From: an uncultured virus (IMG/VR IMGVR_UViG_3300009481_005157)
Taxonomy: Duplodnaviria > Heunggongvirae > Uroviricota > Caudoviricetes
Length of the DNA stretch: 64,000 bases
IMG/VR virus record: IMGVR_UViG_3300009481_005157
Reading direction: 5' to 3' (one strand)
Both the position numbers and the translations under genes were made by a program. The notes beneath the pieces are model-generated. The model ran no database searches, was not told the origin of the DNA, and saw nothing but the letters and a program-made list of their open reading frames with translations. The first letter of the stretch is position 1, and each line of letters starts with the position of its first letter. Shown here in pieces: positions 19,965-30,000 of this stretch.

Positions 19965-19965
19965 G

Positions 19966-20724
19966 ATGTTAATAGGTAATATGAAGTGGAAGCAAGGAGA
20001 TCTTTTTGATTGCCTTGAAGAATTCAAAGAAATTTACGAGTCTAGGCCTTTGCCGGATAATACAGGCGGCATGAAGTCTGCCCACATGTTCCCGGCTTGG
20101 TTCATAGTCAAAAAACTCAAGCCAAAATTCCTTATCGAGAGTGGCGTCTGGCAGGGTTTGGGGACTATGTTCTTCAGACTGGCCAGCCCCGAGACAAAGA
20201 TAATCTCGATTGATCCTGTACCGGGATATAGGATGATTACCCTCGACGACGTTGAATATATGACGGAAGACTTTCTAGAGACGGACTGGAAGAAAAAGCT
20301 CAGGCCGTCCCAGACGCTAGTTTTCTTTGACGACCACCAGAACTTTATGCCAAGACTCAAGAAATGCAAAGAGCTTGGCTTTAAAAAGTTAATTTTTGAG
20401 GACAACTACCCTGTGAATCAGGGGGATTGCTACTCCCCAAGGAAAATCTTAAGTCAAAAGGATTACGTAATTGATGCAGCCGGAGGCCGTTCTATGCACC
20501 CCCACGTCCGGGAGGATTTCAACTACCTTATGGACACGCTGAAGTCGTATCAAGAGATGCCTCCGTTATTCAAGCCAGAATATACGAGGTGGGGAGACAG
20601 GTGGGAAGGCGTAGACTACGAGACGCCACCAGCGCTTTTGTCGGAGATGAATGTTCTGGAGTACCAGACTTTCTTCAATGAAAGCAAAGACTATACTTGG
20701 CTGTGCTATATGGAGTTAAAATAA
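19966..20724 (+). CDS. Putative SAM-dependent methyltransferase
   Basis: LIESGVWQG, IISIDP, FFDDH and IFEDNY. Confidence 0.6.
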   Translation: MLIGNMKWKQGDLFDCLEEFKEIYESRPLPDNTGGMKSAHMFPAWFIVKKLKPKFLIESGVWQGLGTMFFRLASPETKIISIDPVPGYRMITLDDVEYMTEDFLETDWKKKLRPSQTLVFFDDHQNFMPRLKKCKELGFKKLIFEDNYPVNQGDCYSPRKILSQKDYVIDAAGGRSMHPHVREDFNYLMDTLKSYQEMPPLFKPEYTRWGDRWEGVDYETPPALLSEMNVLEYQTFFNESKDYTWLCYMELK

Positions 20725-20725
20725 T

Positions 20726-21250
20726 ATGTTAAGCAGTAAATACGAGCACTTCTCGGCCATCACGGAGAGAGAAGAAATCGATTTCGTACACTCTTCGATA
20801 CATTTGGACAGCAGTGTGTTGGAATACGGATCTGGTAGGTCTACGATAGAACTGTCAAGGATAGCTAAATCGGTCGTGTCTGTGGAACACCAAAAGGCTT
20901 GGCACGAAGAATTGAGCAAGGAGTTGCCAAAAAACGTCAACCTAATCTTAGCAGAGCCTGATCTAGACTACATAGAAGGCCCACACGCAAATCAAAGAAG
21001 TGAAGGTAATGATGGAACATATGAGGAATTTGAAACATATATAAAATCACCCCTTGACAAAGCTCCTTATGATGTTATAATTATAGATGGCAGAGCTAGA
21101 GTAGAGTGCGCAAGGTTATGTACACAGCTTGCACACGAGAGATCCTATATTTATGTACATGACTTTGAGCGCGAAGAATATCAACCAATTCTAGACATAC
21201 TACAGAAAGTAGACAGTGTTGGCAGGATGTTTAGGTTTAAGTTGAAATGA
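20726..21250 (+). CDS. Class I SAM-dependent methyltransferase
   Basis: VLEYGSGRST, SVEH, IIIDGRAR and VHDF. Confidence 0.8.
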   Translation: MLSSKYEHFSAITEREEIDFVHSSIHLDSSVLEYGSGRSTIELSRIAKSVVSVEHQKAWHEELSKELPKNVNLILAEPDLDYIEGPHANQRSEGNDGTYEEFETYIKSPLDKAPYDVIIIDGRARVECARLCTQLAHERSYIYVHDFEREEYQPILDILQKVDSVGRMFRFKLK

Positions 21251-22167
21251 TACAACTATTCCATATACCAAATCACACAATCAATACAGCCGACTTCTCT
21301 CACCTACTGCACGGAGACATTGTTTCCCAGTTTGAGCAGAGGTTTGCTGAATATGTTGGGGCAAAATACGCATGTACGGCAAATAGTGCGTCAAGTCTCA
21401 TTTATCTGGCCCTCAAAAGACATGCGGTAGCGCAACTAGTTCGTATACCGAGTACAATGCCTATTGTAGTGCCAAACGCAATTGCTAATGCGGGGCACAA
21501 AATTCTATTTTACAACGACATAGATTGGGTGGGTAGTTGTTACCATTTGTATGATGATATATTTGATTCTGCACAGGAGGTCACCAGAAACCAATACTCT
21601 GACCTTGAGCTAGATGATGCCGCTATGATCTTTAGCTTTTACCCCACAAAGCCAGTTAGCGGATGTGATGGGGGAATGATAGTTTCTAACAACAAGGAAA
21701 AGATAGACTACTTCCGGATGATGACTATGAACGGGACTTCCGTAGATAGCAATAGCTGGAATAGAAAGCAATATGCGGCTGGATACAAAATGCACTGCAC
21801 ATCGGTACAGGCTTTTATTGCTAACGAAAATCTCAAAAAATTAGATGAAAAAAATTCCCGTTTAGATGAAATTAAGTCTGCATATAATGAAGCTTTTGGC
21901 TATAATAATACAAGTAGGCACCTGTATAGAGTACGGGTCAATCATAACTCCTCGTTTATCAATAGCATGGGGGAGAACGGAATAAAATGTGGAATTCATT
22001 ATGAGCATTGTCACGGCAAGAGCGCATACAGGAAGTCTGAAGGGCAGGTATGTAACCTAAGAGCTTCAGAGAAAGAGTCCTTAAGAACCGTAAGCCTACC
22101 ATTCCACGAACAGCTAACCGACTCGGAGGTTGACTATATAATAGACCATGTTAAAAAACTTACTTAA
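21247..22167 (+). CDS. DegT/DnrJ/EryC1/StrS PLP-dependent sugar aminotransferase
   Basis: FEQRFAEYVG, DSAQ, SFYPTKPVSGCDGG (PLP Lys), GIHY and SLPFH. Confidence 0.88.
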   Translation: MIQLFHIPNHTINTADFSHLLHGDIVSQFEQRFAEYVGAKYACTANSASSLIYLALKRHAVAQLVRIPSTMPIVVPNAIANAGHKILFYNDIDWVGSCYHLYDDIFDSAQEVTRNQYSDLELDDAAMIFSFYPTKPVSGCDGGMIVSNNKEKIDYFRMMTMNGTSVDSNSWNRKQYAAGYKMHCTSVQAFIANENLKKLDEKNSRLDEIKSAYNEAFGYNNTSRHLYRVRVNHNSSFINSMGENGIKCGIHYEHCHGKSAYRKSEGQVCNLRASEKESLRTVSLPFHEQLTDSEVDYIIDHVKKLT

Positions 22168-22546
22168 ATTTGTCAGCGCAGAAGGCGATCTGTTTGCTTT
22201 AAATAAGATAGAAGAATTTGATGCACGTAGATTTTTTTACGTTACGGGTGTACCAAAGGATTCAGTCCGTGGAAATCACGCTCATAAGAGGGATAAGCAG
22301 CTACTGATATGCCTTAAGGGGGCAGTCTCCGTAACGCTAGATAGTGGAGCAAGCCCATCTGAATTCTACCTTTCGGAAGGTAAGTGTGTGTTTATGGATA
22401 CATACGTCTGGGGGACACAGCAGTATATGACGGGAGACGATATACTATTGGTCCTCTGCTCCGAAGAACACGATCCGAATGACTACATAACAAGTTACTT
22501 TCATTTTTTAGAAGAATTAAAGGAGAAAAGAAATGTCAAAAATTAA
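22148..22546 (+). CDS. dTDP-4-keto-6-deoxyglucose 3,4-ketoisomerase (FdtA/QdtA cupin)
   Basis: RFFYV...RGNHAHK...QLLICLKG...LLVLCSE. Confidence 0.85.
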   Translation: MLKNLLKFVSAEGDLFALNKIEEFDARRFFYVTGVPKDSVRGNHAHKRDKQLLICLKGAVSVTLDSGASPSEFYLSEGKCVFMDTYVWGTQQYMTGDDILLVLCSEEHDPNDYITSYFHFLEELKEKRNVKN

Positions 22547-22925
22547 AGAGTATCTCGCTGGTGGCGGAGGCGTATTGGTGCCAACTGCTCAGGCAGCTAA
22601 GGATGTGCTTGGTAACACCCCTGTCATTGCATACGAGGGTTCATCGAAGGATGAATTCCGAAAAGTACTTGAGGGGTACAAAGCACCCCCAAGCGTTAAT
22701 GCTTATAGATATCGAGAATATGATTTTGGGAGTGAGATCGTTGTTTTCTCTGCACTTAAAAATATCGTGGATCTCGTTGTTGCTCCGCCAGTAGAGGAGC
22801 CTGTTGTTACCACTGTAGCTCCCGAAGTGTCGCTGGACTCCACTGAGGAAGAGGGTGGTGATACAGAAGATGACAGCGAAAATAACCCTCCCGCTGGAGA
22901 CGACTCCAGTAAAAAATGGTTTTAA
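22533..22925 (+). CDS. Hypothetical protein with acidic, low-complexity C-terminus
   Basis: SD AAGGAG before the ATG. Fills the gap in the operon. Confidence 0.6.
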   Translation: MSKIKEYLAGGGGVLVPTAQAAKDVLGNTPVIAYEGSSKDEFRKVLEGYKAPPSVNAYRYREYDFGSEIVVFSALKNIVDLVVAPPVEEPVVTTVAPEVSLDSTEEEGGDTEDDSENNPPAGDDSSKKWF

Positions 22926-22935
22926 GGAACTATAA

Positions 22936-23847
22936 ATGAAAGTGTTAGTAACTGGGGCGACGGGGTTCTTAGGGAAGAACCTCGTCCCCGTACTATCGGC
23001 AAAATATGAGGTTGTAGGCATTGGCTCTACGTGGGATCTCAGGGAACAGCAAACATCCCAGAAGTTGGTTGTCGAAATGCAGCCTGACGTGATAGTACAC
23101 GCAGCAGGTTCTGTTGGCGGAATTCTAGCGAATCGTGAAAACCCCGGAAAGTTCATGTACGAAAACTTGATTATGGGGGCGAACCTAATCGAAGCTGCCA
23201 AGCAGTTTGATGTGAGCAAGTTTGTACTTCTGGGTACGGTCTGTGCCTATCCAAAGTTTACGCCAGTCCCGTTTGAGGAAAAGCAGATCTGGAATGGGTA
23301 TCCAGAAGAAACCAATGCTCCATATGGTATAGCCAAGAAAGCTTTAATGAAATTGTTGGAGACATACCATGAGCAGTACGGGATGAATTGTGTGAATTTA
23401 ATCCCTGTCAATATGTACGGCCCACACGATCATTTTAATTTAACCAGCAGCCATGTTATACCTGCCCTTATTTTAAAGTTTTATAACGCTATGAAGGCAG
23501 GAGAGCGCGAGGTGACAATATGGGGCACAGGGGAAGCTTCTAGAGAGTTTCTATATGCTGAGGATTGTGCTGACGCGATCTCCCTAGCCATAGAAAAGGA
23601 TGTAGAGCCAGAACCAATAAACATAGGCACGGGTCAAGAAATAACAATAAGTGACCTAGTGTCAGAGATAGCCGAGCAGATGGGATTTGATGGTAACATT
23701 ATTTACGACAACTCTAAGCCGGATGGCCAGCCTCGCAGATGTCTCGATACCACAAGGGCAAAAGCCCGCCTAGGGTTCGAGGCGAAAACAGATTTTCCAA
23801 CAGGGCTAAAAGAGACCATTGAATGGTTTTTAAAGGAGCAGAAATAA
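22936..23847 (+). CDS. fcl: GDP-L-fucose synthase-like epimerase/reductase
   Basis: TGATGFLG, VGGILAN, GTVCAYP, PYGIAKK, SHVIPALI, WGTGEASREFLY and PDGQPRR. Confidence 0.92.
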   Translation: MKVLVTGATGFLGKNLVPVLSAKYEVVGIGSTWDLREQQTSQKLVVEMQPDVIVHAAGSVGGILANRENPGKFMYENLIMGANLIEAAKQFDVSKFVLLGTVCAYPKFTPVPFEEKQIWNGYPEETNAPYGIAKKALMKLLETYHEQYGMNCVNLIPVNMYGPHDHFNLTSSHVIPALILKFYNAMKAGEREVTIWGTGEASREFLYAEDCADAISLAIEKDVEPEPINIGTGQEITISDLVSEIAEQMGFDGNIIYDNSKPDGQPRRCLDTTRAKARLGFEAKTDFPTGLKETIEWFLKEQK

Positions 23848-24278
23848 TGAACTTAGGATTTTATGTCAAATCCGGCAATGCCGAGGGTGTGAATGGAAAG
23901 ATATACATGTGTCTGAACCAAGCTATCGCCAACGGGGAGTTGCGTGACGCATCAGTGTTTTTTGACAATATAGACTACAATCCAGTTAAGACCAGTTTTG
24001 GTATGTTTAACTCTACTGATATATGGCACTTTACTGGGAACTTAGTGACTACATCTGTTGAAACAACCGTCAATGCTTTAAAGGCGGTAAACAGATTTAA
24101 ATTATCTTATCTTTATAATGCGGAAGATATTGACGTATTGAGATTAATAACGATAAGTAAAAACGTGGATATAATAACAGACAGCGAGCGAGATCAGGAA
24201 TATGTCTACAGAGTAACAGGAAAGAAGCCTAAGCTGTTAGAAGAATTTACTGTGAAAGGATTTTCAAAGGTATTTTAG
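23847..24278 (+). CDS. Hypothetical protein
   Basis: TAATG-coupled ORF with SD AAGGAG. Confidence 0.6.
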   Translation: MNLGFYVKSGNAEGVNGKIYMCLNQAIANGELRDASVFFDNIDYNPVKTSFGMFNSTDIWHFTGNLVTTSVETTVNALKAVNRFKLSYLYNAEDIDVLRLITISKNVDIITDSERDQEYVYRVTGKKPKLLEEFTVKGFSKVF

Positions 24279-24279
24279 T

Positions 24280-25044
24280 ATGAATGATTTTGACAAAAAA
24301 GTGATAAAGATGTACAATAAAGAGAACAGAAGTACATATGAGATTGCTGAAATCTTGGAGACATACCCGAACAAAGTACGGCGAACACTCAAAAGGCATG
24401 GATATGAGCTGAAGTCAAAAAGCTCTGCTCAGTCCAATGCGCTTAAGAGTGGTAGAAGACCGCACCCGACCGCTGGCAAAGAGAGGACTTTATCAGAAAG
24501 GGTAAAGATTAGCTCAGGGCTAAGTTCCTATTGGGAAGACATGACTGATAAAGAAAAGACTCGCAGGTCTAAGCAGGCGAAAGACAGGTGGGCAAACATG
24601 CCCTCTTCGTTAAAAGAAACTATGCAGAGGAAACGGGTGGATGCGATAAGGAAATCTGCCAAAGAGGGATCGAAGCTGGAAAAATTCTTTCAAGAAAAGC
24701 TGTCTGAATCTGGCTTTAGGGTTAAGGTACACGAGCTGATAATTCCGGCAGAAAATTTAGAAATAGACTTGTACATTCCAGATCTTAAGACTATAATAGA
24801 GGTAGACGGGCCTAGCCACTTCCTTCCAATATGGGGCGAAGATAAGCTACAGAAGCAGATCAACGCCGATTTGAGAAAGAGTGGTGCCCTGTTGAGTAGA
24901 GGATACGCGGTGATTCGAGTAAAGTCACTGGGACAGGAATCTTTGAGTAAGCGTGAACAACTTGCTGAACATGTAATTGAACTATTGCATGGATTTATTG
25001 AGAAGTTTCCGCCCAAGTCAAAACGTTTTATTGAGGTTGAATAA
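24280..25044 (+). CDS. HTH + basic helical repeats + Vsr/DUF559-type endonuclease (homing endonuclease-like)
   Basis: N-terminal HTH (STYEIAEILETYPNKVRRTLKRHG), NUMOD3-like basic segments, and EIDLYIPDLKTIIEVDGPSH...D...GYAVIRV. Confidence 0.75.
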   Translation: MNDFDKKVIKMYNKENRSTYEIAEILETYPNKVRRTLKRHGYELKSKSSAQSNALKSGRRPHPTAGKERTLSERVKISSGLSSYWEDMTDKEKTRRSKQAKDRWANMPSSLKETMQRKRVDAIRKSAKEGSKLEKFFQEKLSESGFRVKVHELIIPAENLEIDLYIPDLKTIIEVDGPSHFLPIWGEDKLQKQINADLRKSGALLSRGYAVIRVKSLGQESLSKREQLAEHVIELLHGFIEKFPPKSKRFIEVE

Positions 25045-25805
25045 TGGAAAGAGATTTATTTGAAAGTGTTGGGGTCGAATTAGAGACTCCAGAAAATGTT
25101 GACACAAGCGTTAAGGATCAGTTTGCGACAGACGGGCCAGACCCAACTTCTCCAGAGTGGAACGATTATGTTCTTAGCTTATTTGCGGAGAAAGAACTTT
25201 ACGAGGGAAGGCCGTTGTGTGCAGGACTAAGGAGAGTAGCAGAAATGCTGCTGGGAAGGATAGTTAGTAGCCGACCTACACAGATTTTCCCTCCAAAGAG
25301 CGGAGATGAAATTGGTCGAGCTACAGTGGTATGGGAAATCGTATTCGAGGACGGAAGTTTGTTTAGCGATGTGGCGGATTGCTGGGAAGGCAATACAGAT
25401 GATGCCTTCTGTGTATTTAATACCGCTACGGCAGCAACTAGAGCAGAGGGGCGCGCTCTTAGAAAAGCCCTTAGACTCAAGACTGTCGCCGCTGAGGAGA
25501 TGACCAAGAAGAATACGGCAAGCATTGTAAGGAGTATTAGCCAAACCAAACAAGTAGCAACGGAGGGCGAGTACGATGACTCGCAAAGAATGACAGACCC
25601 ACAGGCTAACTTTATTGATGTAAAGTGTAAGCAGTTAAATCTGAACGTTGCTGAGTTCTTTAAGGAGGTATTTGACGTAAATGTAAAGAGAAAAGTAGAT
25701 AAAGGACAAGCAAGCCTTGCTATACAGAAATTAAATGATTACCAACAAGATAAGAATCTGGTACCAGATTCTATTACTGCTTATTCAAATGACTGGAGGG
25801 AATAA
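25044..25805 (+). CDS. Putative single-strand annealing protein (Rad52/Sak/Erf-like)
   Basis: ATAATRAEGRALRKAL matches the A-x-T-x-A-x-x-RA helix. C-terminal MTDPQANFI module as in phage SSAPs. Confidence 0.55.
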   Translation: MERDLFESVGVELETPENVDTSVKDQFATDGPDPTSPEWNDYVLSLFAEKELYEGRPLCAGLRRVAEMLLGRIVSSRPTQIFPPKSGDEIGRATVVWEIVFEDGSLFSDVADCWEGNTDDAFCVFNTATAATRAEGRALRKALRLKTVAAEEMTKKNTASIVRSISQTKQVATEGEYDDSQRMTDPQANFIDVKCKQLNLNVAEFFKEVFDVNVKRKVDKGQASLAIQKLNDYQQDKNLVPDSITAYSNDWRE

Positions 25806-26137
25806 TGAAGGTCAACTATAAAACAAGAAACGGTCGCATCAATGTAGAGATAGAGGGCGACTCTCAACGAGACATTTTTGCTGGAATCGCAAGATTCCAA
25901 GAAGTGTTTGAAGAAACACAGTGTGGAAAATGTGGCTCTGAGAATCTACGCTTCGTAGTGAGGAATGTGGATGATAATCTATATTACGAATTACGTTGTA
26001 TCGATTGCGGGGCCAAACTATCCTTTGGTTCTCATAAGAAGGGAGGTGGTCTATTTCCGAAAAGGAAAGATGGCGACAACTGGTTGCCCGACAGAGGTTG
26101 GGTCAAGTGGAACCCTAAAACTGAAAAGAACGAATAA
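25805..26137 (+). CDS. Zinc-ribbon protein
   Basis: CGKC...CIDC. SD GGAGG, TAATG coupling. Confidence 0.7.
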   Translation: MKVNYKTRNGRINVEIEGDSQRDIFAGIARFQEVFEETQCGKCGSENLRFVVRNVDDNLYYELRCIDCGAKLSFGSHKKGGGLFPKRKDGDNWLPDRGWVKWNPKTEKNE

Positions 26138-26149
26138 ACAAAGGAGAAT

Positions 26150-26185
26150 AAAAAAGGGGTGGCAAAGTGCCACCCCTTACTTTTT
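26150..26185. terminator. Bidirectional intrinsic terminator between the convergent arms
   Basis: Perfect 11-bp stem AAGGGGTGGCA-AAG-TGCCACCCCTT (26154-26178), with an A-tract on the left and a T-tract on the right. Confidence 0.88.
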
Positions 26186-26203
26186 GCGTATAGCCTATAA
26201 ATC

Positions 26204-27001
26204 TTACAGGTATTCTAGAGTGAAGTAGAGACCATAATTGGTCTTACTCCCAATCCCTTGAGGGGAAGCACTCAGGGCTAAATACCAGTCGTGCCTCAAT
26301 GCTCTATGAGCCGCACCTTCTTTTGTGAGCCAGTTGATATAACCGTCTGCTCCACCACCAACTATATTTGCGGAAGGCAGGGGATCTCCGTCTACCGTAT
26401 TTAATCCACTCGTTCCGGGCGAAGGTGTCAGTGCGTGATCAGGCGGTGTGCCTCCGTCCCCCGGATCAAACTCGAACCAGCCGAATCTGGCAGAGGCATC
26501 GCCAACGCCGTAATGCGCCAGAGAGCCACTGCCAGCTTGATTGGCAGGTCCAATCGCATGTCCCTCAGTGGGGTGAGGATGCCTGATTTCTAGTACTTTA
26601 GTGGTCACACCACTCGCATGATTTGCAATACTATCCCTGTCAAATATTCTCAATTTGCAGTTCTGTGTCGCAACAGCCTCAGTGTGGATAAATCTTATAT
26701 TAAGTGGGGCATACCAGTTTGGAATACCCGATGTTTCCCCAGTCACGGCGCCTCCATTAGCCTTAATACCACTCACGGAAATGAACTTGGTGTTATTTAA
26801 CTTTACACCGCTACTAGTTCCATCGCTATTAGTGACATAGCTGGAGTCTTGGTACTGTGAAACTGGGACTGAAAGTCCAAAACCAGCCCCGTAAAAGCCA
26901 ATTCCGGACCCTTGAGTATGTTCTATGAGCGAAGGGTCAGTAGTGTACGCAGAGGAATACTGCGCCCTGTGTCCATTCGCGTGAAAAGTAATGGTAGCCA
27001 T
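26204..27001 (-). CDS. Putative virion structural protein (Gly/Ser-rich, beta-rich)
   Basis: SD AAGGAG, preceded by the shared late-type motif. Last gene of the structural arm. 7 SG dipeptides. Confidence 0.55.
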   Translation of the reverse strand: MATITFHANGHRAQYSSAYTTDPSLIEHTQGSGIGFYGAGFGLSVPVSQYQDSSYVTNSDGTSSGVKLNNTKFISVSGIKANGGAVTGETSGIPNWYAPLNIRFIHTEAVATQNCKLRIFDRDSIANHASGVTTKVLEIRHPHPTEGHAIGPANQAGSGSLAHYGVGDASARFGWFEFDPGDGGTPPDHALTPSPGTSGLNTVDGDPLPSANIVGGGADGYINWLTKEGAAHRALRHDWYLALSASPQGIGSKTNYGLYFTLEYL

Positions 27002-27020
27002 AAAAAGGTCTCCTTCTAGT

Positions 27021-27035
27021 TATTATATTATACAC
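27021..27035 (-). promoter_or_regulatory. Candidate late promoter motif GTGTATAA-N3-AATA (copy 1)
   Basis: Minus strand reads TTTTTGTGTATAATATAATA in the intergenic gap. The same motif occurs at 62185-62199. Confidence 0.55.
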
Positions 27036-27056
27036 AAAAATAAGTTTTTTTTCGTC

Positions 27057-30000
27057 TTAGGCAGGGTTAATTTGAAGATCAATGTATTGGTCGTAACTGT
27101 TGTGGGCAGAAGCCAAATTCTGGTTATTTAGTGTCGTATGGGAAATATCGTTATGGAAATGGAAGAAACAGTCATACAAGCCGCTTGGGGAAGCGTGCAG
27201 TTCGTTGATTCTTGCTTCAATGATCCTCTGCCCCTCCGTCATGTCAATAAATTTGTTGGAGCTGTCACCTGCCCCAAATAGGTCCAAGATACTTTTACCC
27301 GCTTTGCCGCCCGGACGGTTGTCTGCCTGCATAGATAGTTGATAAAAGTCATCATAAGTGGCAATTTTGGGCTTTTCATCTGTTAATAGCCTCTGTCTTA
27401 GTACCGCCTTTGTGACATATGCGGAAAATCCTTTACCAGAAACAGAGAACTTGTTGAGCGGTTTTAACTTCGCCCCTCCAGAAGTTGATTTTGTTATATA
27501 GGCTATATCAGGTTGACCTTGGTCGTAATCTACCTTGCGGTCTTTAATATCGAAGTCTACGCAGCCAAGCGGGTCTTCAAACTTTGGATTTGCGGTCATC
27601 AGGCGGTTAATATCTACAGATCTTCCAAGTTTTTCAAGGGTGACTCTTTTGCTGGGATCTACATTGAACCACAAACCTGTTACGCATCCCTCCTTACCTA
27701 CGGAGCGAACTTCAACCTCACTACCCTCAAACCCTGTGATTGTAAACTTGTCACCAACCCTGTAGTCTTTTCCTAGATTTGTGAGGACTAAATCCACATT
27801 GGTGATAGGTTGCGAGTTTTCAACATACTTATCATTGGCGTCTTTTATCTCTAACGCTGGGACTTTCTGAAGAGCGCCTGAGATTTGATCGTAATTATCC
27901 ATCTTTTCAGAGGCTGCCCACACCTTGCCACCGACTAGGAAAATCCCAAGAATGTTTCCGAAATTAAAGTACGGAACCTGCATGACAGGAGCGTAGTAGT
28001 TGAACGGAAGGACTCTCCCTCGCCTTTTCCGGTCAAAATTCCAATTATCGCTCGGGATCAATCTATGCCATCCTGCCCCGCCATCGTTAGCAATTGCTTG
28101 GGCCTTCTTGTGTACACAGTCTTTATAGATGATATCACTGTCATTGAGACCCCAATTAGTCGTATGTTCAGCGGTATTTGGTCTTCTGTTACTGCCAACT
28201 GGGGGATCTTCCGCCATATCCGCCGCTACTGTACAATCATCCTTGAACGATACATAGGAAGGTATTCTTATATCCAAGGGACTTTCTGAAACAAAGCAGT
28301 TGCAATCAGGTAGTTTGTCGCCGTCTGTATCGACATACTTCGTCGGCGCCAAGATCGGTCCCCAAGGGGTCAAGGCTGTCCCGTGATTAAAATGGTAAAC
28401 AGCAAAAAATCTAGAATCGTAGATCAGATTCTCTCTTTCGTGCGCTTGGTATATACGTACAGAAAGATCTGTTGTGCCAAACCTATCATACCTATTAAAG
28501 CTATTACCTCCCCACGATGGATACCACGTATTTGAATGAAACCAAGATATCTGCCCAATTCTATTTTGGGTAGTAAAGCCTATTTGCTGGACAGCGCCCA
28601 CTGTGCAAATAGCGCCCACCACGCCAACACCCAGTTGTCCACCCTTGGTAGCCGGACTTCTCCACGGAAAAGTTTGATTGTTGAACTTATTGTGGGGCGC
28701 GACTCTTTCCGAGGGGTGGTAAACGGCCTTTCCGGCTGGCGAGTAATCACAATCATGTATTAGCTGACCGTATTGGCTGATGGGGAGAAGATCCCGGTAA
28801 ATATACGTGAGCGAGGTCTGTGGATGACCAGCAGTAGCCCATGAACTTGCGCCATCACTGAATACTTGATTATGTGTGGAGTTGTTGTCTGCATCGCTGT
28901 AGTATTGCTTTTCTCTCAATATACTTGCAAAACTTAATGCTGTAATAGCGTCGTCCATCTTGCCCGACAGATAATTTATGATTATTTCCCTTCTGTCGCC
29001 GACGATATTCCCCAGTGGAGTGCTTAGGAGGGGGGTATTGGGGATAAGCTTTCCTTCCTCCCACTGGTGATTAGAAAATAACTCCATACATGCTGGACGA
29101 AACTGGATGTGATTAGCTCTTATGGGTCTAAAATCAAAAGCGCTTTGTGTTAAATCTGCACGGTATCCATTTACTGGGCTATTTGGATCGTCTTGGGGGT
29201 CAAATAATGGCCAGCCGTGGGCGGCGCCGGGTTTCTTGAAAGCCCAACTAAATCTCCCCTTAAATTGCTCGGGTTCAGCAAACTTGGTGTTGACTTTTTG
29301 GATCAATGGTTTTTTACCGTACCCAAAACCTTGGCGTATTTCATCTGCCAAAACTTCACCAAATTTATTGTCAAGGGCCATAAGCCAACCCATATCCATA
29401 ATTGGTCTTCCGTAGGAACCACTAGGAGAAGCATTTAGCGCGTAATCCGCAGGGAGGTGACTAAAAGTACTCTGGCTCGTAGATACAAATTCTGCAAACA
29501 AACCCTTCTTTTTACCTTGCGCGAGGACATTCTCGTAATCATCCGGCCATTGATTCGCATCTATATACGCAGTCCTGTTAGCGTCATTAACTTCATTCAG
29601 AGGAAATGCTGACGTGCCCTCGGAAATAATTATTGCCTTTTGCCAGATATCCCACGGGTCACCCTGTCGAGAGGGCATTACATTGAAATTTCTGGTGGCT
29701 TGAGAGTAAAAGTCCGGTCCTTGCTGACTTGCCAAGCCCACGTTTGTTTCTGTATACCCATCTGGGAAAACTACTCCAAAATATTGTGTGTTATTAGGAC
29801 TTGCTACATCGAATATTGGTGTGCCATCTGCAAACTCACCATAGACGGTCTTGTCAATAGATCTCTTGGCGCCTCTTGTACCCCCTATCGCATCTTCAAG
29901 GTAGTCAAATCCAGTGACTTGCCGAACACAAGATGGATCTCTTGTGAAGGATTTGAGGTCTGCTAGCAGGGCTTTATTCGCAGTTGAATTACCGGCATAT

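Noticed and set aside
22641..23219. 192-aa antisense ORF, and the other short antisense or nested ORFs in the track
   Set aside because: They lie opposite or inside well-supported genes and show no motifs, so they are treated as shadow ORFs.
5684..24278. Bacterial chromosomal O-antigen or capsule locus (host DNA or prophage flank)
   Set aside because: No wzx, wzy, wzz or ABC export genes. It is co-oriented and coupled with phage-type ssb, nuclease and SSAP genes. No integrase or host housekeeping genes are seen.
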